Below the pieces are notes generated by a model. The model searched no databases. It saw only the letters and a program-made list of their open reading frames with translations, and was not told the DNA's origin. Made by a program: the position numbers and the translations under genes. A stretch of DNA of 64,000 nt from Camelus dromedarius (Eukaryota), in the NCBI RefSeq assembly GCF_036321535.1, contig NC_087437.1, positions 61,940,001 to 62,004,000 of the forward strand, written 5' to 3'. Positions 24,361 through 36,100 of the stretch are shown in pieces (positions within the stretch are counted from its first letter, which is position 1; each line of letters opens with the position of its first letter).

Positions 24361-26986
24361 CATCACTGGGCAGCTGCCTGCTAGACAATATGTGTCCCCG
24401 TCCCCCACTCTCCTCCCACCAATGCTGAAATTCCTCTGACTTTCACCCAGCCGCCCTTCAGCCATCTCCCTCTCCTATTATTCCTGTGCTCATTTTTCTT
24501 AGAATATTTGTTGAACCTAAAGCAGATGATGCCTCATACTTGAAGCTCTAACAGGGAGTATGTTCACGAGGTGGGCGCTCAAAGTGCAGAAGTTTTAGGA
24601 AATCTGTTAATTAGCAGATGGTTATAAAATCAACCTCAGTTGAAGGTGAAACTAGTTGACTCAATAGCAACAGTGCAAATGAATAACACATCCCTTTCAC
24701 ATACCTGTGTGGTAGAAGCACCATCAGCAGAAAAGAAATTCCTAAATACTCAGTTGCTAAGGCCTTGATTTCAGACGATATCGCTAACATACATTGAATA
24801 CTTAACCACTACACCTGAAACTGAGGTAGTGAAAACTTATTTTTCTTTTGGCTGCAAAGCTGTTTGGTGTATAGTGATATCTTTTTACAAATATGATTCC
24901 TATCATCTGCAGGTATGGGGGTATTCTTTATCTGATAGATTACCTTCTTTTCTTTGGGTAATTATTTCTTATATGTACTTCTTAAAAATTAGACTTCCGT
25001 AGACTTCCGTTATGTAAGTAATACATAATGACGCAAAATTTCAACAGTACCAAAATAAAGCAAAAAGTAAAAGGCTGCTATTCAACCAACTGCAAAGTTA
25101 TACCCTAAATGTAACCACTGTGAACCATTTAGTATCTCACCAGACATTTCCCAAGCATATAAGAAGCAGAGAAAAAGGTAGAAAATACACAATAAGCACA
25201 TAAAGGCAAAAAAAAAAAAAATCTGTTCCCCCATCCTCACCCAGTGAAGTAAAAGAGGTCAAATCAAAGACCCCATGGCATTAAAATCAAAGATCCTATA
25301 ATATTGTAAATGATGAAGGACATACCAAAGTTTCTTGTAGATTGTGAAATTCATACTTGACATTTCAGGAAAACGTTAAAAAATTTTTTAATATATGATG
25401 ATGGTTAAAAAAAAATCCAAATGGTGCTATAGGCCTATACATGAAAAGTTGCACCCTCTCTTGTTCCCCACCCCCTGTCTCGCTGTTGCTCTCCACAGGG
25501 GTAGCCACTGTTGTTGGGTTCCTGTGCATCCTTCCTTCCAGAAGCAGTCTATCATATATATGTGTATACACCCACGCACACAAATGGGGGCATGCAGTGC
25601 ATACTTAGACTATCTTGAAAAGTGCACCTTGTCAATATGTGTACCTCAATCACTTTTTGGCCATGCAGTATTCCATATAGACCATAATTTATCTACTTAG
25701 CCTCATATTGGTAAGTTTTATATCCTACCTAAAATGGTACATAGTGTATTTCCAATAATGTTGAGTGGACTTCATGGTCTCCTAATTCTTGTTTGAGCAT
25801 GTAGTTCATTAGAAAAAGTCAGCTCTCGATTATCTATGAGAGGTGACCTGTGAGGATTTTCGTGTAGCGGCTCTGGCTGAGTTTCCAGCCCCAGCACTGG
25901 TCAAAATGAGACTGAGTGAGGAGTAGCATGTGTAACCGAAGCAGCGGCTGATGCAGGAGTGGTGGTGTATCCTAGAACACTCCTGTCTAATTTCATTCCC
26001 ATGCTGGTTTTAAAATAATTTGGCAATGACCTACCATTTAGAATTGCCTACACTTTACCCATCCCCCATCCCCCACCCACAAAGTGAGCATAACCATGTT
26101 TTGTTTGTTCAAAGGGAAGAGCTATCAAAAATACAGAAAGGTAGCCAGCAACGCATCGAGGCTCCAGAATGACAGCTTCTTGTCAGGAGAAGCAAGTCTG
26201 AGGCAGCAAACTCAGGGCCATCCCCAGACCAAGGGGCAGCATGGGAGCCACTGAAAGTTGTGTGGGCCCGCCTGGACGTTAGCCCCTTCACTACCTGCCC
26301 TGGCTGCCTTCCCCTTTCTTTCCCTGCTCCTGAGCTTGCAGTTTGGGGAGAGAGAGAGAGAGAAAGTGATCTGAGAATTTCTCCAAAGGACAGAATTGTG
26401 AGAACAAATTAATACTGTGCAATCAAGCACTGATGCTCAGAGAGGCTGAATGAAGGGCAGATTCTGTCTGGAGGCGTCAAGTGGATAATGCTTCCCAGAG
26501 GTGGTAAGTTTTAAGAGAATGAAGGAGAGGACTGTAGAGAACCATACTGGTCAAGTATGGTTCTAAGGGCCAAGACATTTATTCCTTCAAATTAATCCCT
26601 GAACTTTTCTACTGACTATAATAAATGTGAGAAATGAATTTTCAGGGGTGAAATTTATGACTTGTTAATTAGCATAACTGACTTTTGTTGATATCAGTAG
26701 TAGGATTGAAAATTTGAGGAAAAAAAAGTTAAAATACACGGAGTTTTTGAGTGGGACCTGGAAAATCTGCACGTTCTCAAACTGTCCCAGGTGTTTCCAA
26801 TGAGCAACCAAGTTGAAAACAACTCATTCTAAGGATAGAAGCAAATGGAAATAGTAACCACCACAGTAGAGTTTAGTTATAAATGACACATTCCATACCC
26901 TTCCTTGCCTTCCAGACATGATGGGTAAAAACGGAGCCGGTAAAAGTTGAAGCCCTTCCCAAAGCGGTCATTGAATATGTGGTGAA

Positions 26987-27125
26987 GGGGGGAGGGTATA
27001 GCTTAAGCGGTAGAATGCATGCTTAGCATGCATGAGGTCCTGGGTTCAATCCCCAGTACCTCCTCTAAGAATAAAACCTAATTACCTGACCCCCACCAAA
27101 AAAATAATAAATTAATTAAATTAAA
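26987..27125 (+). mobile_element. tRNA-derived camelid SINE (Vic-type)
   Basis: ggggagggtatagct...gcttagcatgcatgaggtcctgggttcaatccccagtacctcc...aaacctaattacc + A-rich tail. Confidence 0.92.
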
Positions 27126-27149
27126 TTAATTGGATATTAAAAAAAAATG

Positions 27150-27350
27150 TGAAGAGTTCACTTTAGGGCATGTTGTGCTGGCTGCGCATGAGAACATCGA
27201 GGTCGAGGGGACCAGGAGGGAGTTGGATGTGCAGGTCTGAAACTCTGGAGGGGTCTTGGCTGAAGATGGGTTTGGGAGACAGCAGATAGGTGGAAAGTGA
27301 ACCCTGGGAATGAGCCAAGTCATGGAGGGGAGCAGACTGAATGAAAGGCG
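27150..27350 (-). mobile_element. L2 fragment
   Basis: gagttcactttagggcatgtt...gttggatgtgcaggtctga...tttgggagacagcag. Confidence 0.6.
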
Positions 27351-27996
27351 ACCCAAGGGTGAAACTGTACGTGTGGATGTGTGTGAGCATTGTAACTAAT
27401 ATTTCTTCCTTCTACTCAGATTTCAGTAAAAATTCTATTTCTACGCTAACCAAATACCCATTGCCTTTGTGTGTCCAAGACTCCATTCCTCCCCATCTGC
27501 TCTTGTCCAGGCTCTGGATGCCCATTTCTTTCCACCATCACTCACATGCTTTCCAGAATCCACCCTACCTGAGCTGATATTACCTGGAAGCCTCTGGTTT
27601 GAAGTATCCTTCTCAAAACTTAGGACCGAGAAATAACTCTGAACCTCCAGAGGTCCACCCAGCGTAAGCAGCATACAGGAAGACTGCTCACTGCTAGTGT
27701 TTGGGCACCACTCAGCGCCCATCAGCAAGCTGAAGATCCTCTTTGTGAACCAGGGTTTTGTCGCTCCCTGTCTCCCTTACATCCCTAATGTAAGAATTTA
27801 CCACATAATTCTCCTTTTCTTGATTCACTGTATGTTCATATACATACATGAAGCGAGAGAGATGACAATTTTCTCTATATATCTAGATCTATCTCCGTAG
27901 GTACATCTTATAGACACACTTCCACACGGAGGATTGGCTTCTCCTAGGACTTAATAGCATATTAGAAATGTTGGTCAGGTCTGATAGAAACCCCAG

Positions 27997-28646
27997 TGTT
28001 ACCTCTGTGCTGTTGTGTTGGTGAGGTGGGGACGACTGAAGAACCCTGGCCCTACTGCCCCAAGTCCTGGTGGCAGCCCTGAGACCGTGGGTACCCATGA
28101 GTCAAATCCATTTCACCTGCCTTCATTAATCAAGGTCGACCACAGAGGACTCGCACATCCTCCAGGTAGCATGTGGCCTGAACAATAAGATGTTTGCTTG
28201 AGTTGTTTTCCAGGAACTTGGAGTCAGCTGTGTCTAGTTTGAGCTGAGCTGACTGAGACTGGCTAGGACCACCAACCCTCCAACTGGGCATGTGCAAGTG
28301 TCCTCTCGGTGACCTTTTGACGTCAGAGGACTGAAAACTCCACCCTCAGATGGTGCCAAGTGCCTCCATTTTTCAACCTGCCGACACCTGTAGCTTAGTT
28401 AAACCTGCACAGAAAAACGATGACCACACCTTTTCTCAATCACCTTTCCCTACGCTCCCCACACCTCAGACCGCCCTTCTGCTTTAGTCTTAATCCCAGA
28501 AATACCCTTGCCTGTGGGGAGTGGACCTGAGACTTGTTCTCCCTTCTCCTGGCTTGGCTGCCTTGTGAATAAACCTTCTCTTTGCTGTAACATCTCAGTG
28601 TTTTCTACATGGGGGCAAAACAAATCTGGAACCTGGTTCAGTAACA
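27997..28646 (+). mobile_element. Solo ERV LTR (ERV1-like, family unassigned)
   Basis: Inverted termini TGTTAC...GTAACA, ~650 bp, AATAAA ~75 nt from the 3' end; no clean TSD seen. Confidence 0.7.
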
Positions 28647-30927
28647 GACCTTTGTGAGATCTAATGCCTGGTCCGTGGCTCAGCAGAGGCTCAGGGAGTC
28701 CCACTTCTGCTTCCTTCCGTCTCTCCGCAGCCCTGGTAAGTTGGTGGAAGGGATGATGTCCTCAGTTGAAGAATCTGTATGACCCTTGAAAAAGACTCTA
28801 GTTTTTTCAATGATATAATTCCAGAATCTTCAGCAAGAAATGAGCTTGGAGAGGATTTCCCCTAATTGTAAAAATGAGGAAACAGGACCAGAGAGGGGAA
28901 GTGAATTGCTCACAGTCACACAGCCAGTGAATACAGATTCCCGACTTTTGGACAGTGTCCCTTCCTTAATGTGTTCTCTCTCTGTATTTGTCTCCTGAAC
29001 CAGTGGGCCGGGGTGGCTTACCCACACCTCTCTGGCTATCCCATCTCACCACCTGCTCAGTAGCCAGGGAGGGGGACTGGAAGAGGAATAAGGCGAGCCC
29101 CCACACCAGGTCAGGGGGCACCTGGAGAGAGTGGTTTTGGGGGAGGACATAGGAAAGCAATTGGCTGAATGACAGGGATAAACACTGCATTTCAGCCAAG
29201 CAGGAACTTTGGACGGTTACCATTACAAACACCTCTCTGATTCCCTCCTAAACCTGAGCCTGTGTATGTGACACCTTGGCGGGTGGGCAGGAAGCCAGTG
29301 ACACCTGGGTGTAGCAGGTGGCCTGAGCCCTGAGAAACACAGGCGAGCTGGGCCACACATCTGGGGGGACCATTCCTGGAAGTCTTGGCTCCCACGTTTG
29401 TTGGCCCAGCCAGCAGGGGGCCCCCCGTGAGGGATGGACAGAGGGTTTCTTTGGAGGTTGGCAGAGCCTCGGGAGTCCTGTGACCTTCCCACTTGTGGTG
29501 AGCTCACCAAGCCAGCCTGACACCTGAGCTCCAGATGGCTCCTTTTCGGGCCCCGCTCATGTTCCTCTCTGGGGGACATGCCCGGACTTGGAGGTAACTG
29601 AAGACCCCTGTATCCTGTTAGAGGTAGAAACTAAACCACAGCTTTGGTGGGGCCTGGATATTCGTGACAGGGCCTCTGCCTGGAAGCAGGCTGACTGAGA
29701 GAGCTTGGTATTATGGACAGCAGGGGATGCTCTCTGCAGCTCCCTGAGCTCACCTGCTTTTGTTTGCCTCAGGACCCTTGGACCTGCTGCTTCTGCTGCC
29801 TGGGGTGGGCTCATCCCCCAGCCCCATCTCCTTTACCTGGAGAACTATCTTCACAAGCTCCTCTGGGAGCTCTTCCCTGAGCTCCAAATCGAAAAGCCTC
29901 TGGCTCCCCAAACTCCCTGTTCCTCCCTGGTCTTAGAATTTAGCATCAAGTACTGAAATTGCTGATTCCTGTGTGTGGGGTGGGGGGGTAGGAGTCAAGT
30001 TTTATAAATGTCCCATGTGCACTTAAAAAGGACATGTCTTATTCAGCTGTAGGGTACAGTGTACTACGCTGGGCTTTTATTAAGATTCTATATTGTGGGG
30101 TTCAAACCTTTTCCCTTACTGATTTTTTTTTGTTGTTGTCTATTTGATCAACTGCTGAGAGATATATTAAAATCTGCTTCTTCATTGGACTTGTCAATTC
30201 CTCATAATTTTGTCAATTTATGCCTTATGCAATTTGAAGCTATCTCATTAGGTGTGTGAAGGCTTTTGATTTTTATCTTTATTTAATTGAAACTTTCATT
30301 AGTATGTTATGATTCTCCATTTCTAATTATACCCTGATCCTCCCCCCACCCAAATTTATATAGTGAGATTTTTTTCCCCTTAAATTTTTAGGGACTGCAT
30401 GTGGATAAACCACAATTTAACTAACTAGTCCTCTATTGGACATTCATTGTTTCTAATTTTTCACTTTTGTAAATCACACTGTAATGAGCATCTTTGTCTC
30501 CAACTATCTCTGATTATTTCCTCTAGGCAGAGTCCTTGTGGTGAAATTATGAGTTCAGGATGTATGAACATGTTAAAGGCTTGTCACACCTGTTGCTCCT
30601 TCATGGCCGTTGATCATATTTGAATTTTCAGTGTGGAGTCACCCAGTTGGCTTTGATTGAGCTCTGGTTTTTAAAATCCCTAAGTGTTTTTGGCTTGGGC
30701 TTTTCTGTCAATCAGGCATCCCCCATAATTGTGTACTTGGTGGACAATAAATGTAATTTAGAACTTACTAAATTTCGCATGTTAGATTTGGCCCAAACTG
30801 CCAGTATCTCTGATTCAGCAGTGACAGCCACCATTGTGGGGTCCTTGTCCCCTGTAGCTTCACTCGAGTCAGGAGGGAAATGAAGAGTCAGAACCCCACG
30901 GGGATTTTGAGTTCTTTCCCAGTAAGA

Positions 30928-31110
30928 CTAATAATTTGTTAAACATTTACTATGCACTAGGCACCACACATGCGTTAATCCATTGGCTCATCACAAACCT
31001 CAAAATTCACAACTAGGGCTGCACTTTAAGATGTGGAAACTGAAATTCGGAGAGGAACTCTAACGCGTCACCCTACTCTGAGGGAAAGGAGCCAGGATCC
31101 CAACCCTGCG
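30928..31110 (-). mobile_element. MIR SINE
   Basis: aacatttactatgcactaggcac...agatgtggaaactga...ggagccaggat. Confidence 0.65.
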
Positions 31111-31162
31111 CTCATGTTCCGGCCGGGGACCCAAATGGCCAGCGCCGCTCTAGAGGAATCCA

Positions 31163-31176
31163 CCACCAGGTGGCAG
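31163..31176 (+). promoter_or_regulatory. Candidate CTCF site CCACCAGGTGGCAG
   Basis: Exact fit to the CTCF core consensus CCASYAGRKGGCRS; binding not shown. Confidence 0.6.
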
Positions 31177-32149
31177 TAGAGCTAACCGGCCCAAGAAGGA
31201 CCTCTGGGCTGGAGCCCTGAGATCAGCCGCCAAACAGCGTTTTCTCCCAATAAAGTAGCACTAACTCTTATTGACATGGCTAAAACTAGATTATTCAACA
31301 AAATAAACATTAACCCAACAGGCACATTCCTCCGTGTAAAAAGATAATAAAGTAAACAGACCTTTGAACGTGGACCTTTCTAGCCTAGATTTCATCAGTA
31401 TAATTCCTCAGGGGGAAACCTCTGTTCCTAACTCACCTGCACTTGGGTGATTCTGCCTGACTTTCCGCCCACTCCCTGCTGCCTCCACCCCTGCATTCGC
31501 ACACCCCTAGCAGTAAGCGAGGCTGTGGGGCCATCCTCGGCTGGGTGAGCCTATCAGGATCTGGGAGAAGGGGTTTAGGGAAGAGGCCTCGGCGGTCAGG
31601 GAAAGCCCTCCTGGGGATCTGGACAGTCCGGGTCTCGGGGAGACTCCTTGACTCACCATCCAGCCACCCTTCACCTACCCAGCTTGTGAGGAAGGACGTG
31701 CCTCTTTCTGATCTAAGACCACAAACCCGTCTCATTTCGTCCATCTCCAGTCATGATTTGAAAGTTTTCTGCCTACTTTAAAATAAATAAATAAATAAAG
31801 TTCTTTCCTTTAGAGTTCCCGAACGGCCCAAGGGCTGTGCTTGCTGCTTCCCTCCCGGCCCAGCAGCACCTTTTTCAAACCGTTTGAACAAGCACATGTT
31901 TGCATTGTGTAACTGCGTTTATACTTCACCAGAAATAGAACAGAAAAAGGTTTTGCCTTTTTTTTTTTTTTTTTAACGTTCTGCCCCACGTGGGTTCCGC
32001 TAGATGGTCCAGTGTGGAACTCCAAGCGGCCCCAGCGGTGCCCGTTGGGGCAGAGCGCCTGCCTCCCCGCGCCCAGGCCGCACGTGGGGGGCGCCCCTCT
32101 GCTGCCGGTTCCCAGGGGGGCTGCAACTTGGAAAGGGAGCCCTGAGTGC

Positions 32150-32345
32150 AGCCCTACGCTCCACCTTTTACAAGTTCTGTGATTTGGGGTAAGTTCCTTG
32201 AGTTTGCTGAGACCTGGGTTCCTTGGTACAAAATGGCTGTAAGGACAGCACCTACTGTGCAGAAACGTTGTATGATACAATAAAGCATGTCAAAGTGCTT
32301 AACACGCGCCTGGCACACTGCTGAGTGCTCAGTGAAGTTGGCTGT
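32150..32345 (+). mobile_element. MIR SINE
   Basis: ctgtgatttggggtaagtt...gtcaaagtgcttaacacgcgcctggcaca...gtgctcagt. Confidence 0.65.
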
Positions 32346-32424
32346 TGTTCAGTTGAACAAAGGATGGGGGTAGCTCACGGAATCCTGGAACCTTACTGCT
32401 GATGGGCCCACAGAGATCAGGCCG

Positions 32425-32766
32425 GGCTACTGTCTGAGTGTTTCCCCCCATCTTCAGATGTTGAAACCTCAATACCCAATGTGATGGTATTAGGTGGTGA
32501 GGACACTGCTCCTAAGGGTGGAGCCCTCAGGAGTGGAATTAGTGCCTTGTCCGAGACCCCACAGAGCCCTGGGCCCTTCCACCACGTGAGGGCCCAGCAA
32601 GGAGTGGGCAGTCTGCAGCCCAGAAGGGGGCTCCCACCACAACCTGACCCTGCTGACACCCGATCCCAGACTTGCAGCCTTCAGAACTGTGAGAAATACA
32701 TTTCCGTTGCTTATCAGCCACCCAGTGTGCGGCGCTGTGTTACAGCAGCCCAAGTGGACTAAGGCA
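32425..32766 (+). mobile_element. MaLR LTR (MLT1A-like)
   Basis: gttgaaacct...aatgtgatggtattagg...cagaactgtgagaaatacattt...acagcagcccaagtggactaaggca. Confidence 0.85.
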
Positions 32767-35629
32767 GGATAGTTCTTTCAAACAACCGTATGTCTTGCTT
32801 TAACCAGCTGGGATGAAAATAAGAAACTATTTTTCAAGATCCAAATAAGCGATCCCAAGCTCCCAACATGCAACTTATTAAGAATGTCTCCCATTAATTG
32901 TCAATTATACCTCAAAGCTTAAAAGAAAAAAATCCTCCCAGTAGTGACTCTAGAGGCCCCAGTGGTTCCAAGTTGTGTCACTTCACCTGTGAGAAGATTC
33001 AACAGGCCACGAGGGCCACGGTCCACGTGGCTGCTGCTGACACAGCAGGTGGCCGGCAGGGCGAGCTCCCAGGCCAGGAGATGCCTCCCATGCCACAGCT
33101 GTTTCTCCGGGAGCTCTCTGCAGGCGACGGGCAGCCGGGGCCGGCCTGGGCTCCCATGGTGATGGTGTTTTAGAGATGGAGCTCTTTGAATTTCTCCATC
33201 CAGGCGCTGGCCAGCCTGGGCAAGTTCTCCCAAGTGGCAGCCCAGTGATGCTGTGACCCAGCCACCCACCCAAGGCCAGAGCGGCTCCCTGACCTCCCAG
33301 CGTATCCAAGTCGAGTTCTGAAACCCCTAGAGGAAGTCCTTCCTCTCCTGGTCCCATGAACCATCATCCCTGCAGCCCGAGATTCCGTTTCCCAGCTGCG
33401 CCTCCCATTTCCTCCAGGAGAAGCTACCATCCTGTTGCTCCTGGATGCAAGTGAGAAAACCGCAGCCTAAGAGAAGCAAGGTGGCGCTGCCCGGTGTGCA
33501 CAGCTGGTCAGTGAGCAGAGCCCACCCATCCCAACACCCAACGTAGAGCCCTTTTCCCAGACCGGAAGGGGCCTAGGTTAGAATGGGGAAATTGGGAACA
33601 GAGGGGGGTCAGGGGTCGGTAACAGGTCAGTTAAAGCAGGGCACTTAGGAAAGCAGTCGAGTTTGCAGTTGGTGGTTGTGGAAGTGATGAGGGCCAAGGC
33701 TCCCTGGACGCTGGTTTTCATTTTTAGTAGAAACTTCCCTCAAGAGCTGTGCAATTAGGTGCTTAATGAATCAGAAACAGTTTTTTGAGGATTTGAAGGA
33801 AATACCCAGCGCTGGCTTATGGGCTTAGGCTTTTTTAAAAACCAAAAACAAAATCATGAAGTCTGGGGACTGTGAATTCCACTCATTTGCATGTGAGCTG
33901 CCATTAATTTGTACATTGAATTTGGGGCCCAGACAAGGCACAATAAAATTAACTAATTCATGCTAATGTCTGCAACTGCTCTTAGGGCAATTACTCAGTG
34001 AGGGAGTGATGAGGACCTAGGAACTTTAAATTGGGTTCTTCCTTTCTTGGTCAGCTGCGTAAACACTGAGCTGCAACAGCACAGAGACACAAGAGCGCAG
34101 CACCACCATCCCAGAAGCCCCATCGCTGGGTGGGCCGGGTCAGCACGGAGCAGTCAGAAACCGAGATCCCATCAGTCCTGACCTGGGTAGGGCCTGACCT
34201 CTCTGTGCTGGAAAACCATAGACTCTTTCCCCAGGATCCTCTTCCTTGTAGAGACTGGGAGCAGCTTAGGGTCTTGGGTGCAGGGGGACGATGGGGGAAT
34301 TCTCTCCAGCTTGGGGTTCGTGCATCTTCGGGTTGCAGGGTGGGGCAGCCAGGCTGCTTGGAGCGCTTCATCCCAGAGCCTGAGAGAAGCAATGTAGAGG
34401 AGGGAGCCTTCTCGGTGCTGACTCCTCCTTCCCCCGAAGTTGGTGCATCTCAAAGCGTGGAGCTGGACCAGCAGCGTCAGCATCACCTGAGAAATTCCAA
34501 TTCTCAGCCCCACCCCAGACCTACTCAATCACAAACTCCATGTGGTGGTGGTGGCAGCACCCCCCTGGTGGCTTTGATGCATGTTGCAGTTTAAGAAGCT
34601 CTGCCCAAAGGGGTCCTGGGACTGCAGTAGCTTCATGGCTAAGAGCGTGGCCTGGGTTCCAACTCTGGCTTTGCTGTGGGTGAGACTAGGGTGAGGCCAG
34701 GGACATTGTAAGAGGGCCTGGCTCTCTGGTGTACCTTGACTCCAGCCACCTCCACTGCCTCACCCTATTCCCAGCCCTGTCTTCCCACTTGATAGGTACA
34801 TAACCTTAGACTTAGAGAACTGAGTTCCGGGTTTTGTTGCCCTGGGGTGGGGCCTGGGGATGTGCATTTTAAGAGCTCCTCAGTTATTCTGATGGTCAGT
34901 CAAACTTGGGTTTACTGGCTTAATGTCTCTGAACCTCAAGTTTTCTCACCTGTAAAATGGGGTGATAGTATCTGCACCATGGACTTGTCATGGATTCAAC
35001 AAGATAGATCCAAAGCCCAAGCTGGCTGCCTTACAGACATCATGCTCAAATCGTGCTCTGCAGAACCCAGGCCTCTGCTGTGGCTTTATGGGGCGAGGAA
35101 GGGTCCCCTGGCCCAGCCCGGATGTCCCACTCCCTCTTCAACTACAGCATAGCTTTTAACTATGAAGGTTTGGGCCTTCAAATAAGATTCTGCCAAGATT
35201 TGCTGGCTAAAAAATTTTCAAAAAAATCCTTGTCCCATCCATCTGCTTGAGGACCCCCACGTGTCAGTGTCTGCTCCAGCCAGTTCTGGACCCAGAGCCA
35301 CAGGATCTGAACGTGAGGTTCTTTGGGCCCCAGCTTTAACTGAGGAATTAATATGAATGATATTGGACATCTCTGTGAGCCTGAGGCAGAATCCCCATAC
35401 ACTTTGAATTTATAAAGGAAATTTTAAGGAACCGATTCTACAACTCTTGGACTCCTCAGGCAGATCAAGGCTATGAAAGTGGTTAGAGTGTGGGGAGAAG
35501 ATGGTTTGTGAAGAGATTTCCTTGGAGAGACCTGTTACCATGCTGAACGCCCCAACCTACCATCTACTTCACCTCAAACCTTGTGGGAAAGGCTTCCACT
35601 GGGTTTCCTGGAAAACTTACCAAATGCTT

Positions 35630-36100
35630 GAGTCACCTGCTGCTTCAAAACAAACCACCACAAAAATGAGTGCCTTTAAAACAATAATTCCTGATTTGTT
35701 CTTATTTTTACAATTGTGCCAGGCTCAGTGGGGACATATCTTGTGCCCCACACGGTGTCAGCTCCAAAGTGGCTCAGTCACCTGGTTGGCAAGTTGGTGC
35801 TGGCCGATGGCTGGGAGGTCAGCTGGGATTATTGGCCGAGGGTCTCGGTTCTCCTCCATGTGGCTGCCTGGGCTTCCTCACAGTGTGGTTGCTGGGTGCC
35901 AACAGGGAGGAGGGGAAGCTGCCAGTCTTCTTAAAGGAGAGGTCCCGAACTGGCTGAGTCACTTCCAGCACCTGCTATGGGTTAAGTGGGCACAGGCTGG
36001 TCCCCACTTAAGAGGGAGGGGGAACAGATCCCACTTCTTGATAGCTGAGTGGGCATGAGCATAAAGGGAAGGAAGGCATTGAGAGTGGCCATCACTGACG
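35630..36100 (-). mobile_element. Old MaLR LTR (MLT1)
   Basis: aacaaaccaccacaaaa...ttctcctccatgtggc...gggcttcctcacag is the antisense MLT1 pattern; accounts for ORF 35501..36058. Confidence 0.7.

Noticed and set aside
35501..36058. Longest ORF in the track (185 aa)
   Set aside because: Lies mostly in an antisense MLT1 LTR; no recognisable domain or splice context.
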